Source of the DNA: Octopus vulgaris | Lineage: Eukaryota | Assembly: GCA_951406725.2 (NCBI GenBank) | Contig: OX597818.1 | Coordinates: 142,476,001 to 142,540,000, forward strand | DNA length: 64,000 bases | Direction: 5' to 3' | Shown: positions 37,452 to 50,253 of the stretch, piece after piece | Layout: every line of letters begins with the position of its first letter | Position numbering within the stretch: the first letter of the stretch is position 1 | Made by a program: the position numbers and the translations under genes | The notes under the pieces: generated by a model | Told to the model about the DNA's origin: nothing | Database searches by the model: none | What the model saw: only the letters and a program-made list of their open reading frames with translations

Positions 37452-37669
37452 TTCTTTGTAAGAATGAGCGAAGTGTATTATGAACACATTTTAATTGTAA
37501 AATTGTAAAAAAGTGTTCAAATCTTCCAGAACATACTAAAAATAAGTTTGCAAATCATCGTAAAAAAAAGAAATTTATAACAATTTACAAAAACAAAGAT
37601 CTGTCTGTTAGTCTCTTGTTTCTCTCTCTCTCTCCCTCCCTCCCTCTATATGTATATATATATATATTC

Positions 37670-38082
37670 TTTTTTTCTTTTATTCTTTTACTTGTTTCAG
37701 TCATTTGACTGCAGCCATGCTGGAGCACCGCCTTTAGTTGAGCAAATCAACCCCGGGACTTATTCTTTGTAAGCCCAGTACTTATTCTATCGGTCTCTTT
37801 TTGCCGAACCGCTAAGTGACGGGGACGTAATCACACCAGCATCAGTTGTCAAGCAATGCTAGGGGGACAAACACAGACACACAAACACACACACATACAT
37901 ATATATATATACATATATACGACAGGCTTCTTTCAGTTTCCGTCTACCAAATCCACTCACAAGGCATTGGTCGGCCCGGGGCTATAGCAGAAGACACTTG
38001 CCCAAGATGCCACACAGTGGGACTGAACCCGGAACCATGTGGTTGGTTAGCAAGCTACTTACCACACAGCCACTCCTGCACC
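37670..38082 (-). mobile_element. SINE family A, young full-length copy
   Basis: Near identical to 21960-22364. Confidence 0.95.
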
Positions 38083-38539
38083 TATATAATCATCATTTAA
38101 TGTCTGTTTTCCATGCTGGCATGGGTTAGATGGTTTGACTGGAACTGGAACTTTGTAAACCAAACTGGTAATACTGCTAAGTACAGACCACTTAACTACA
38201 AATACACTGGATCATGATACTATATGTGGAGCTTTAAACTCATCAGTAACAGTCATACATCTAAGTGTACAGACAAGAAATGAGATTTATGAGTATATCC
38301 AGCATTTTGCCACCATCTCCATCCTGCAGTCACCCACTCTCTCTCTCTCTCTCTCTTCCCTTCTCCTGCACTTCCCTCAGGTTGGGCAACTGTGTATTTT
38401 CTTTGTGGTAGCACACCTGTTTCTGTCTTCATCCCGGTTCTTTCTCTCTCCAGCTGGGTAACCTTGTACTTCTTCTACAGCAAGACACCTGTATCTATCT
38501 CACTATAACCTTTTCCTCATCACCTTTTCCAGTGCCTAC

Positions 38540-38876
38540 TCTCCTCTTAAAAGATTTTGTCTTGCAAGTACTTGGTGAGCCTGTCGGTGCAGGTGCAACT
38601 TAAAAGCACCCAGTCCACACTGTAAAGTGGTTGGTGTTTGGAAGGGCATCCAGCTGTAAAAACCTTGCCAAAACTGAACTCGCCTGTGCTTGTGCCACAT
38701 AAAAAGCACTAAGTCCACTTTGGTGAGTGGTTGGTGTTAGGAAGGGCATCAAGCTGTATAAATGCTACCAAAATAGTCACAGAAGTCTGGTGCAAGCTTC
38801 AGCCTGGCCAACTCATGTGGTACCATCCTACTCATGCTAGCATGGAACACAGACGTTAAGTGATGATGATGATGAT
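38540..38876 (+). mobile_element. Family D-related tail with a duplicated gtggttggtgt..gaagggcatc module
   Basis: Module at about 38627 and 38727; (GAT)n end. Confidence 0.75.
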
Positions 38877-38881
38877 ATATA

Positions 38882-38936
<55 letters not shown>

Positions 38937-40308
38937 CAAGGAACTATTCTGTGTGTGAAATGTTAGTGTGCATGAGTGACAGAGTTCAAATGGGCTGGGA
39001 GAAAATCTGTGTATAAGAGGAATCAGATCTAGCATGCAAGAGATAAGATTGCACTGAGATGGTCATGTGATGCTTAGTTGTACAAAGAAATATAGAGCCT
39101 TCAAAATGAATTGAATCTTCAGAAGAAGGGGACCCTAGAAGACATGAGGTGAGGCAGTGAAAACTGATCTCTCAATACTGAACCTTATGGCAAGGATGAC
39201 AAAGAGTCACAATGATGGTACTATGCAATACTGAGGAACCCTCAGCCACCTATGCAAACAAGGCAGAATGAATGTCAAAATAGTGTTTGTGAGATAGGAT
39301 GGGAAGTATAATGCATTTATATTTGCATCTCTCACCCAATATGTCTCTAGAGTCTATTTCTGCTACTTGCTTTGCCTCTTGATATCCTCTCCATCTCTCT
39401 ACTACGCATCCTCTATTTACTGTATAAAGTGCCTATGCGGAGATGTCATTGGATCTGTCCAAACCGCTGATCTCCTTGATGCTCACCTTCTCTCTGTGCC
39501 ATGTTGCCTGGGTAATGGGTAATATACTCAATTTTCCATACTATCATTCAGTGCTCAATGCACTTAAACATCACCCTTTATGTAGCATCAGTCAACATTG
39601 TTCTTTACTCTCTACCTTTCTCATTCCAATCACTATCTTTCTGCCATCATGCTCTTGTACTCTCAGGCTTCTTAGTTTTCCTGTCATCATTATCTGCTAC
39701 TTGTCCTCTCAGTCACGTTGTTCAAAGCAAACTGGCACGATGTTAAATAGTGAAGAATCTTTAGTCCTATGAAACAGAAAACCACTACAAGTGTTGGTGT
39801 CAGTTCCACAATAAAGTGGCTAATGAATGAGCAACAACAATAACAACATTGGATAAAAAAAACCCAATAAGTTTGTCAAGGATTCTGATAACCACTTGTG
39901 AGCTGTTACCAGGATAAAATGCATCCAGACACACTGTAAAGTTGTTGGTGTTTCATTTTGGTTTGGTAGAAACCAAGCCAAAATGAAGTATACAAGTGAG
40001 ATATTGTCCGACATGTCTAGGAGGGTAGAAACTCTAAATAGGAAATGACTTAAACCATGACAAGCCAATCAGTCTATGTTAGAATGGAAAGGGAAATTAA
40101 ATGATGATGGTGATGATGATGTGTGTGTGTAGGGGGCATTGTTTATGCAAACAGGTAAAACAGAACTCACTAAACTAGAGCAGTTATATTATTTCATTAC
40201 AGATAAGAAGTGCAACATGAATAACTCAAGGGTTGAGCATTTCATGCAAAAGCATTTATCAGTGCTTTTGCATTAAACTTTTAGCCCTTTTAGAAGAATG
40301 ATACAGCT

Positions 40309-40356
<48 letters not shown>

Positions 40357-41328
40357 CTTCAGTATTGTGTGTGTGTGTGTATTAAAGTAGGAGGTTAGAG
40401 GATATGACATTTGAAAGCCATCGCAGAATAGATATGAGGTTGGTGTTTAGTCTGAGCGTCCATAGACCAATATCTGCTGAAAAATTCGGTTAGTAAGAAA
40501 GAAATTTCAGTGGATTCTAATTTTAAGGAGGAAGATCTGGATAAAGCTTTTTCTTAGTGTGGAAGCTGCAAAATAAGACAGACTGAAAATGATAGAATGA
40601 AGAGAGATAGGCAAGATTGGTGGGCCTTCGCAGAGAAAATGTGCAGTCAGCTAATTCAAAAGAACATGAACTGTTTTGCCTTATATGAAGTAGGCCTAGT
40701 CTGCCACTGTTCAGTTACCTCTCTCAACACCCAGCAAAACATGTATGTTGTTAGGATGACATTCAGGGTTTATTAGGAGTAAGGAAGAGTGTTGCTATTA
40801 TTTTAAGCATTCATCAGTGATATTTATGTTACTGCAATATGATAAGGAGTATAATTTTGATTAATCAAAATCATTTTGCTTCCTACGTTGGGTTGTTTTT
40901 TTATCATACTTTGTTGGTCAATCCAGTGTAATTACCTTTGTCCTCATAACAATTACACATCGTTATCAAATGCCATCCCTGTCACTATTTACCATCATCC
41001 TATAAATCTAAGCTCTCAAGATAATATTCACCACCAGCATCACTGAGAGCCAAAACCACCATTATTGTTATCTCCTCTTGTAGTCTTTCTTTTTTATCTT
41101 TTAGTTATGTGAGGAGATAGTACCAATGAACCTTTACAGGTCAACTACCAAATCCACTCACAAGGCTTTCGTCAGCCAGGGCTATAGTAGATTACTTGTT
41201 CAAGGTGCCACACTGTAGAATATGTGGTTGAGAAACAAACTTCTCAGCCACACAGCCACCTGTGCCATTAACTATATTGGTAAATGCATCCTTAAAAATC
41301 AATAATTAAACTGGTAAATAACTACATT

Positions 41329-41664
41329 GTGAAGGTGCATGGCTCAGTGGTTAGAGTGTTGGGCTCACGATCATAAAGTAGTGAGTTCGATTCTTGGACT
41401 GGGCTGTGTGTTGTGTTCTTGAGCAAGACACTTTATTTCGTATTGCTCCAGTTCACTCAACTGTAGAAAGGAGTTGCGACATAGCCATACCAAGCAGTGT
41501 CAGCCTTTACTTTTCCTTTGGATAACATCAGTGGCATGGAGAGGGCAGGCCGATATATATGTGCACCTGCTGGTTTTCCATAAACAACTTTGCCCGGACT
41601 TGTGCCTCGGAGGGTAACTTTCAAGGTGCCATCCCATGATCATTCATGACCGAAGTGGGTCTTC
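41329..41664 (+). mobile_element. tRNA-derived SINE with a CORE-like body
   Basis: A box tggctcagtgg, B box gagttcgattc, tgtgttcttgagcaagacacttta; 13-bp TSD aaataactacatt. Confidence 0.9.
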
Positions 41665-41694
41665 AAATAACTACATTAAATTACTTTAAAAAAT

Positions 41695-42070
41695 CAATAA
41701 GACTCTGAGCACCTTTTCAAACTCCACCTGTCTAACACCCATGGACATGTTTACAAAATCAGAAAACAGCACAGCTCCCATGACTTTCGGAAACATTTTT
41801 TCATGCTAAGAGTTGCTGAAGTATGGAACAAACTGCTGGCATCAGTTGTTAGTTGTCGGAGCACTGCATCCTTCAAAACTTCCATACTTCCTTGGATTTA
41901 CCAACACTACACCTGATTTTCTCTCACCCATACACACGCAAGCATGTATCTGACTCATACATTGTTCGCTTTCCAGACATTTCTACATTACTGCATATGC
42001 TTTATACGCACTTTTGACAAGTTGTGGTGCACCTGAGCACTGTATACAATAATTTCATTATTATTATTAT
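41695..42070 (+). mobile_element. CR1-like LINE 3' end
   Basis: GHVYKIRKQHSSHDFRKHFF...VWNKL; (ATT)n tail. Confidence 0.88.
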
Positions 42071-42115
42071 AACAGAAGGACTTGGCTTGAATCCTTCCAT
42101 CAAGGTGGATTTCGT

Positions 42116-42350
42116 TTATCCTTTTGATACCAACTTGCCTGAAACTGCTCCTTAGTTCTATGATGAAAATTTCCTGCTTTTAAGAGATCTGCATTAAAAC
42201 CTTCCATCAAAATTAATGTTAATTTATGCTAATTCATGTTCTAAACACTTGCTTGATAACAACATTATTTATCTAAATTCTTCATTATTTTTAGAATTAA
42301 TTGAAGCAAAAGTAATAGTTTCAATGAAAATATGGAAATAGAAGAGTTAA
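42116..42350. mobile_element. Decayed piggyBac-like MITE
   Basis: Ends ttatcctttt and gaagagttaa approximate TTAA-CCCTTT...AAAGGG-TTAA. Confidence 0.4.
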
Positions 42351-43199
42351 AAGTAGCTAAGGCACCAGGCAGTGATGTTAAACAGGGTGATGGATCAAGT
42401 CTGCTACCCATGTAGACTATAGTGGGATTTGAATTTACAATGCAAAGAGCCAAAGTAAATACCATATGGCCTCTAATGTAACATTTTGCTATTATCAAGA
42501 CTACAATCATTCCCATCTCCATCTCCATCATCATCGTCATCATCATTGCAGTCACCACTACTGCCATCACCACAATAAATATTAACATATTAACAAACAC
42601 TACAATAGCAAAGACAGAACAGCTCATAACAGGAACCAAAACAATTAGAGTTGAAAGTTCACTAAAGAAAATTACCCACTGTAATTATATCTAGAATGTA
42701 TAACTACAGACATAACAACCAGAAATATCATTTAATATTATTATATCCTGTCTTTTGATGTTTCTTTTTTATATTTTATCGTCTTTTATTTGGGTTTTAG
42801 TTTCAAGTTTTCTTCTTAAGTACATAGATGTAAAAGTTCATGCAAGCACGCGGGTTAAGTCAGTAAGCATGGCTGTTAACATCCTGTATTAGTACCTCTT
42901 CCTCCTCCTCTATACCATTGTTCTTACATTCAAACCAACTAAGTTATTTTCTCTGAAATAGCAAAAATCAATGTACTAGTAATAACCCAATGACTTTGCT
43001 AGATGTTTTTTAATGTAATTATTTACCAGTATAATTATTGATTTTCAAGGATATATTTACCCATAGAGTTACTTATTAGCACAGGCTGGCTGTGAGGCTG
43101 AGAAATTTCTTTCTACTGTATGGCAGCTTGAGCAAGCAAGCATCTTGTGAGTAGATTTGGTAGTTGACAGAAACTGAAAGAAACCCATCATGCATGTGC

Positions 43200-43240
<41 letters not shown>

Positions 43241-43241
<1 letters not shown>

Positions 43242-45063
43242 TGAGGGACCAGCCATCAGAGTTAATAGCAGCATAATGGATAAGGCAATTAAGGACATGA
43301 AGATAGGTAAAGCCCCTGGGCCATCAGGAATCACTGCCAAGATGATTAAAATTTCCAGAGGTGTAGGATACACCTTAGTCACCTGTATAGCTAATCAGAT
43401 TATTCAGGAAGGCACCATCACAATGACTGGTGTAGCAGTATTATAGTTAGCTGTTACAAGGGTAAAAGTGATGCCATAGATCAGGGGTGGAGAAATCCCA
43501 GCCTGAAGGTGCAATTGCACCTGTAAGCCCATTTTATTTCAGCCACAGGCTGATATACTTGTATGCACAAAATATAGTCAATTTTTCAAACTATAAAATT
43601 TATACAATATTCGTATGCCTATTTGTGACATGGGTTATGTTTCCACTATGACTTAAAACAGTTAAACTCAAACAGAAAATCATCTGGTAATTGCCATTTG
43701 AATGGAAATTTTGTTTCCACTATAAAACACGTATTGCTAGGTTTGTACCACTGCCTTGAGATCCAATTACACTCTAGATGAAAAGTATAGAATATTTCAT
43801 AAGTAATATAAATGTCCTAAATTCAGTGGCAGCATTAATTCAATGTGTTAAACTTAAATCTTTATTAGTGTATATCAAATTATACATAGATATAGACAAG
43901 ATCTACACATATAGGCATTAGAGCTTGCAATCCACCTGTGGACCTTTTCCTTTGGAAATTTTTGCTCACCACACTAAAAAGTTTCCTTAACCCTGCCTTA
44001 GGAACAACTACAGGGGTAATAAACTGCTAGACCAAGTCATGAAAGTTACTGAGAGACACTGAGGGTTATAACTCAATTGGTTAGGAATAGAATTAAACTA
44101 GAAGTGATGCAGTTTGGTTTTGTACCTGGGAAGAGTACAGCAGATGCCATCTTCCTAGTGAGCGAGCTGCAGGAAAAGTACTTGACCAAAAGTATGCCAT
44201 TGTACTTAGCCTCCATTGACCTGGAGAAAGCTTTCGACAGAGTTCCCCGCTCTGTTATATGGTGGTCTCTTAGGAAGTTAGAAGTAGAGGAGTGGCTTGT
44301 TAGAGCTGTGCAAGCCATATACAGTGATGATGTCAGTAAGGTGAGAGTCAGCCATGAATACAGTGATGAATTTAGCATACAGATAGGGGTTCAACAGGGA
44401 TCAGTTCTCAGCCCACTCTTATTCATTATAGTCCTCCAGGCCATAACAGAGGAATTCAAAACTGGGTGCCAATGGCAACTGCTATATGCTAATGACCTTG
44501 CTCTTATTGCAGAATTGGAGAAAAAATTCCAGGTATGGAAACAAATCCTGGAATCAAAGTGTCTTAAAGTTAACCTAGCAAAGACTGAAGTTGTTGTTAG
44601 TAAGAAAGAAGATAAAACTCTCTTTCCTTAGATAAATGGCCCTGCTCAATATGTAGGAAAGGAGTTGGAAGAAATTCCATTCACTGCATTCAGTGTAAAT
44701 ATGGACACAAAAGAGGTACAGTGGAATCACAGGTAGATTAACAGATAAAGTCGTCTTTGTATGTGGCAGATGTGCAGGAACAGTAAGCACTAAGAGTACA
44801 TATGAATTAGATTCTCTCAAATGCCCAGGAGGGTCTCTTGTAGTTGTAAATGGTTTCTGTTGCCTAGGTGACTAAATAAGCAATGGTAGTGAGACACAGG
44901 CTCTGAATGCAGAAGACCTATGTAGACTGGAGAGAAATGAAGGCAGTAAAATCTTGCCAAAGCAGTTACAGAAGTCTGGTGCAGACTTCTGCCTGGTCAG
45001 CTCCTGTCAGACCGTCCCACCTATGCCAGCATGGAAGGTAGATGTTAAACGATGATGATGATG
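43241..45063 (+). mobile_element. 5'-truncated RTE LINE (RT region) with nested hAT
   Basis: KAPGPSGI, QFGFVPGKSTADAIF, DLEKAFDRVP, GVQQGSVLSPLLF, YAND (mutated YADD); internal deletion near the 3' end; (GAT)n tail. Confidence 0.95.
43482..43995. mobile_element. hAT-Charlie MITE inserted in the RTE
   Basis: Ends caggggtggagaaa and tttccttaaccctg; degenerate TSD ccatagat/ccttagga; removing it rejoins YKGKSDA..NYRG. Confidence 0.75.
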
Positions 45064-46692
45064 TATATATATATATATATATATTGTATTATCACAACTG
45101 TTTAATGAACAGTCACATGAAATTCTGAGATATTTCAGCTTCAATAAAACAATGTGTGTGAGTGTGTGTGTGTGTGTGAGTGTGTGTGTGTGTGAGAGAG
45201 AGAGGGAGTGTGTATGTTTGTGTCTCCCTGTCTTAACATCTTGTGATAATTGTAAATGATTGTCACTGTCATAAACTGTCTTTCATCTCCAATATTCTGC
45301 AAAAACATGTCTGGCCATGAGGAAATGTTACCTTTCTTGAAAACAGGTGAGAGCTGGTAACAGGAAGGACATATGGCTATAAAAATTCTGCCTCAATAAA
45401 TTCTGTCCAACCCATGTAAGCATGGAAAAGTAAATGTTAAAATTATTTATTGATTTTGAAATATGTATTTGCAGAGAGGAAATCTTTTTGTCTGTAGAAA
45501 CTATAAAGACCCACCTGGTTTAGCTGAAATAGAATAAAATAGGGTGAAACTAGAATAAATTTTGAGAAATTTGAACTTTTATCAGTTAGGGGGTTAGGGG
45601 AAAATTCATGTAAAGGAAATGAATTATGGAAAAGTAGAGTTGTATGTGACCCTAATTTATACAAACCATAATAAAACAGAAACACATAGTAGTTTACTAT
45701 GTAAAATCTGTGTGATTCATGTTGAAAAAAATTAGCATATAGTTGTTGTAAGAAACCATAGGTGAGTGCCAGAATGATGCAGTTTTCAGGATGAAGAACA
45801 TTAGAGACTGAATTATTTAACTTTTCAGAAAGTGAGATGATGTTGGAGAAAATAAAGTTAAAAAACTTGAAGCTATTGTACCATTTTGACAAGTTTTATG
45901 GACAGATAGGATGGAAATGAAAGGTTTAAAATGTTGATATTCATTGTTTCTTTTCATTTTCTGTTATTTATTCCAGACAGATGTTCTCTTTGTATTTTTA
46001 GAATAATTTTTAAATGCAAAAAAGAAAAAAAAGAACCATTCTATATATAATTTGACTACTAACAAATTGAAAGGCCAACATAATCTCATCAATTTTTACT
46101 GAATTTCAGAAAGAAAGAAAAAAGTTAACCATCCCACCAATTTAAAATTTGTCAGTTAATTGTGAGAGTAGCAGTAATCCTCTATGTGATTACTTCTGGA
46201 ACATTTATGTATCTGTGTCATTTGTACAAACAGTGACAGACTCAGCACTATTCTCCCATAATGCCAATAGACCAACGATAGCTTTTATTGCAAAAGGTGA
46301 TTGCATTGGTGCACATTATTGGATAGGACAATGTGTAATACTGTTTGAACCAAAATGTTAAATTCTGTTAGGTCATGACAATGTCATGCTGAAGGCTTTT
46401 ATTGATGCTCTCAGTAGCAATAGTCTACAACATGATGTCTGAATGCTAATCTATTTTGTTAAGGATGCAAAACCAAATGTCCAAAACCTGAACTGATTTT
46501 TGGCCATAATTAAAAGCTTGATTTATTTGCAAAACTCAATGAACTTGATAATTGCAATATTACTGACTCAGTCATCACAGTTAAATTCCAATGACTGTTT
46601 GATAATAATTTATACAAGATAACATTGTAACATTGATAATATGTCTCACAGGTTCTTGGTTATTGTCCATGTACAAAAACACTCTTACTTAC

Positions 46693-46790
46693 CTGACATT
46701 GTCAAAATTGACAGGATCAACTTGGAGATTTCCTTACAATTTCCACAGTCACTTCTTTAATTTAGTTTCCCTTTTATATTATATGCATTG
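46693..46790 (-). other. Candidate TATA promoter and short first coding exon
   Basis: Minus strand: CCAAT, TATAAAAG near 46775, acaATGTCAG|GTAAGT at 46699-46687; inside a ~1.9-kb transposon-poor island. Confidence 0.3.
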
Positions 46791-47470
46791 GATATTTGTG
46801 CTTGGATAGGTTTGGCTATTTGTACTCAATTTCAAACAAATCAAACTGGTTCACTGTTTTGCCAATGGTGAAAAGTTTGTACTAAGTTTGTTATTCATGT
46901 TCATTTAAAGCTAATCTTTTTTTTTCAATAGATGAAGATGACTGAGAAAGAACAATGTCAAACTAAATGACTAAAATTATAAACTTATATGGTTATGTTT
47001 ACAATCCTTATTTTGTGCTTTATCTGTTTAGGAGTGGTAAAATAAATACCAGTACTACACAAGAGGCAGATGAATTTATTATATAATTAACATTGTGTCT
47101 AATTAAGAGAAACATTACTATATTTTTTAACAAGGCATGTTTCCTAATGAGGAAATAAAAATCATTAGTTTCACTTTCCAAATAGATACGTCAACATCAG
47201 GAAGAAGAACGCAACTCTAAAACTGTTTTCACCAGCAAGGCAAATATTTCTTAGAAACATGTGTCTCCTGTAAATGTCAACATTTGAAGATATAATTAGT
47301 CGACATCAATATGTAAAAAAAGATGCAAAATATTTTTAATATTGCTAACATCATCTACATGTATATAAATTTATGTATACACATGTAGATATACATGCAT
47401 ACATTATATTCAAATAGACATCTAAATATATGCAAACATTTATGAGAACAATTACAACCAAGTGCATGTT

Positions 47471-47507
<37 letters not shown>

Positions 47508-47517
47508 CACATGCACA

Positions 47518-48453
47518 CAGGGTGCAATGGGTAAATTGTCACCATTTTGTTTTTTTAATTTCGTGCATACACACTGTTTGTTTTTGATTTTGTCAACTAT
47601 ACAGTATGGTAGAGTCATGACACAATTTACTCTGACAGAAATTTGGAAATGACATACTGTACTGCTTGACATTCATGCCAGAAGCTCCAACACAAACATT
47701 TCAGAGTGTTTGGATGTCAATCCCCTCCAACTGAACATGTTTTGGCTTTTCTCAGGCGAGAAAAAATTCTGCCAGGATCAAATGGTGAACACACAGAACC
47801 GTTGGCTTACCATGTCCCCAAAACATGCATCAGGAGTGATAAAAATCAAACATCCAGTCAACATCATGGTATTTGGAGTAATCTCAAGTGATGGCAATGT
47901 TATGCCTATATTCATCTTCAGACAGTCTCAGGATCAATACACAGGCCTACATCAATTACCTGGAGGAGCTAGTGCTGCTCTGGGTCAAGAGAGTGACTAC
48001 TGGAAGACCCTATGTCTGGCAACAGGACTCTGCACCATGCCACACAAGCAGGAGAGCCCAGTCATGGCTGTCAGACAATTTCTGCAACCACATCACCCCT
48101 AACATCTGGCTGCCTAACTCCCCAGACTGCAATCCCCTTGATTTATTATGTGTGAGGTTAGTGTTGAGCAAGAGACCAGCAAAACTCCTTGTAACACCAA
48201 AGATGAACTGAAGGCAAAGATTATGGCAGCATTCACCAACTTAAACAAGGAGACCATCCAGAAGAGTTGCTGGAGATTCCAAAGTCGTCTGAAGGCTGTA
48301 GTTGAAGGCAAAGGTGATTCTATTGAATAAATTTACTCTTTAGTATTTCAAGATATTTTTATGTAATTTAGGTAAATATGTCTTTTAAAGTGAGATGTCA
48401 GTGTTATTTTCATTTTTGCATAATTTAGACAACAGTTTATTCATCCCACCCTC
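47518..48453 (+). mobile_element. Internally deleted maT (DD37D) transposon
   Basis: Degenerate TIRs cagggtgcaatgggtaaattg / cagtttattcatcccaccct; WQQDSAPCH...SPDCNPLD with 37 residues between the catalytic aspartates. Confidence 0.88.
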
Positions 48454-48474
48454 TGGGTGTGTGTGAATATGGCT

Positions 48475-48724
48475 TCCATAAAATGCACCAATCCGACCGT
48501 GGCCAATGCCAGCCTCGCCTGGCACCAGTGCAGGTGGCACGTAAAAAGCACCCACTACACTCACGGAGTGGTTGGCGTTAGGAAGGGCATCCAGCTGTAG
48601 AAACTTTGCCAGATAAGACCGGAGCCTGGTGCAGCCTTCTGGCTTCCCAGATCCCCGGTCGAACCGTCCAACCCATTCTAGCATGGAGAACGGACGTTAA
48701 ACAATGATGATGATGATGATGATG
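48475..48724 (+). mobile_element. Family D RTE 3'-UTR element
   Basis: Reverse complement of 15562-15800; (GAT)n tail. Confidence 0.88.
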
Positions 48725-49174
48725 ATATATATATATATATATATATGCGGACATAGTTGTGTGGTTAGGAAGCTTGCTTCCCGGCTACATGGTTCTGGGT
48801 TCAGTCCATAGCATGGTAGCTTGGGCAAGTGTCTTCTGCTATAGCCCAGGACCAACTGAAGCTTTGTAATTGAATTTGGTAGGTGGAAGTTACTGCCATG
48901 TGTGTACATGTGTGTGTAAGCGGTTGTACCTCTCCAAGAGAGAGGGATATATATATTTATATATATCTATATATACATATATATATACGTATACAAATTT
49001 ATATATATACATTTATATACATATACATATTTATATATACATATATATACATATACGTATTTATATATACATATATGTACATATACGTATTTATATATAC
49101 AATTATGTACATATACGTATTTATATATACATATATTCATACATATATATACATAGAGAGAGAGAGAGAGACAT

Positions 49175-50253
49175 GGCAGTGGGAGGAACTAGAAGTAGTT
49201 AATAGCTTCCACTACCTAGGCAACCAAGTTTGTAGTAGGGGTGGTTGCTCTGAGAGTGTAGTGGCTAGAATAAGAATAGCCTGGGCAACACTCAGAGAGC
49301 TCCTATATCTGCTGGCAACTAAGGGCCTCTCTCACTCAGGATGAAAGGTAGATTGTATAATGCATGTGTGCAAACTGCCATGCTACATGGCAGTGAAACA
49401 TGGGCCATGAATGCTGAGGACATGCGTAGGCTTGAAAGAAATGAAGCTAGTATGATCCACAGGATGTTTAATGTCAGTGTGCATACATGACAGAGTGTAA
49501 GCACCCTGAGAGAAAAGTTGGGCATAAGAAGCATCAAATGTGGTGTGCAAGAGAGACGACTGCGCTGGTGTGGTCATGTGTTATGTATGGATGAGGACAG
49601 CTGTGTGAGGAAGTGTCACTTCCTAACTGTGAAAGGAACCTGTGGAAAAGGTAGACTCAGGAAAGCATGAGATGAGGTGTTGAAGCGTGATCTTTGAACA
49701 TTGGGCCTCACAGAGGCAATGACAGGAGACCGTGACCTTTGGAGATATGCTGTGATTGAGAATACCCGGCAACAAAAGGGAAATCGCAGCCATGGCCTAT
49801 GCTAGTGTTGCATGTCCGGCCCATTTAAGAGTACTCCTGATGCATTGGGTGATATGATATGCTTAAAAAGACCAGTTGAGTGAAGTAAAACCAAAATCAT
49901 AGCTGTGGCCAGTGCCCCCTGACTGGCTCCCATTCCAGTGGCACATAAAAAGAACCCTCCGAATGTGGCTGATGCCAGTACCCCCTGACTGGCACCCGTG
50001 CCAGTGGCATATAAAAAGCACCATCCGAATGTGATCGATGCCAGGCCTGCCTGACTGGCTTCTGTGCCGGTGGCACATAAAAAGTACCCACTACACTCTT
50101 GGAGTGGTTAGCATTAGGAAGGGCATCCAACTGTAGAAACATTGCCAGATCAGATTGAAGCTTGGTGCAGCTACTGGCTCTCCAGACCTCAGTCAAATCG
50201 TCCAGCCCATGCCAATATGGAAAACAGATGTTAAATGATGATAACAATGATGA
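49175..50253 (+). mobile_element. RTE LINE 3' end: ORF2 C-terminus plus family D 3'-UTR
   Basis: [34 protein letters not shown]; then tandem gtgcc-NNN-ggcac units and the family D tail. Confidence 0.92.

Noticed and set aside
40780-40825. Hammerhead-like CTGATGA on the minus strand (similar cases near 3798, 9035, 38240)
   Set aside because: GAAA and/or stems I and III are missing; too many repairs needed.
44077-44631. Active reverse transcriptase gene
   Set aside because: 5'-truncated, interrupted by a hAT, YADD mutated to YAND, with stops downstream.
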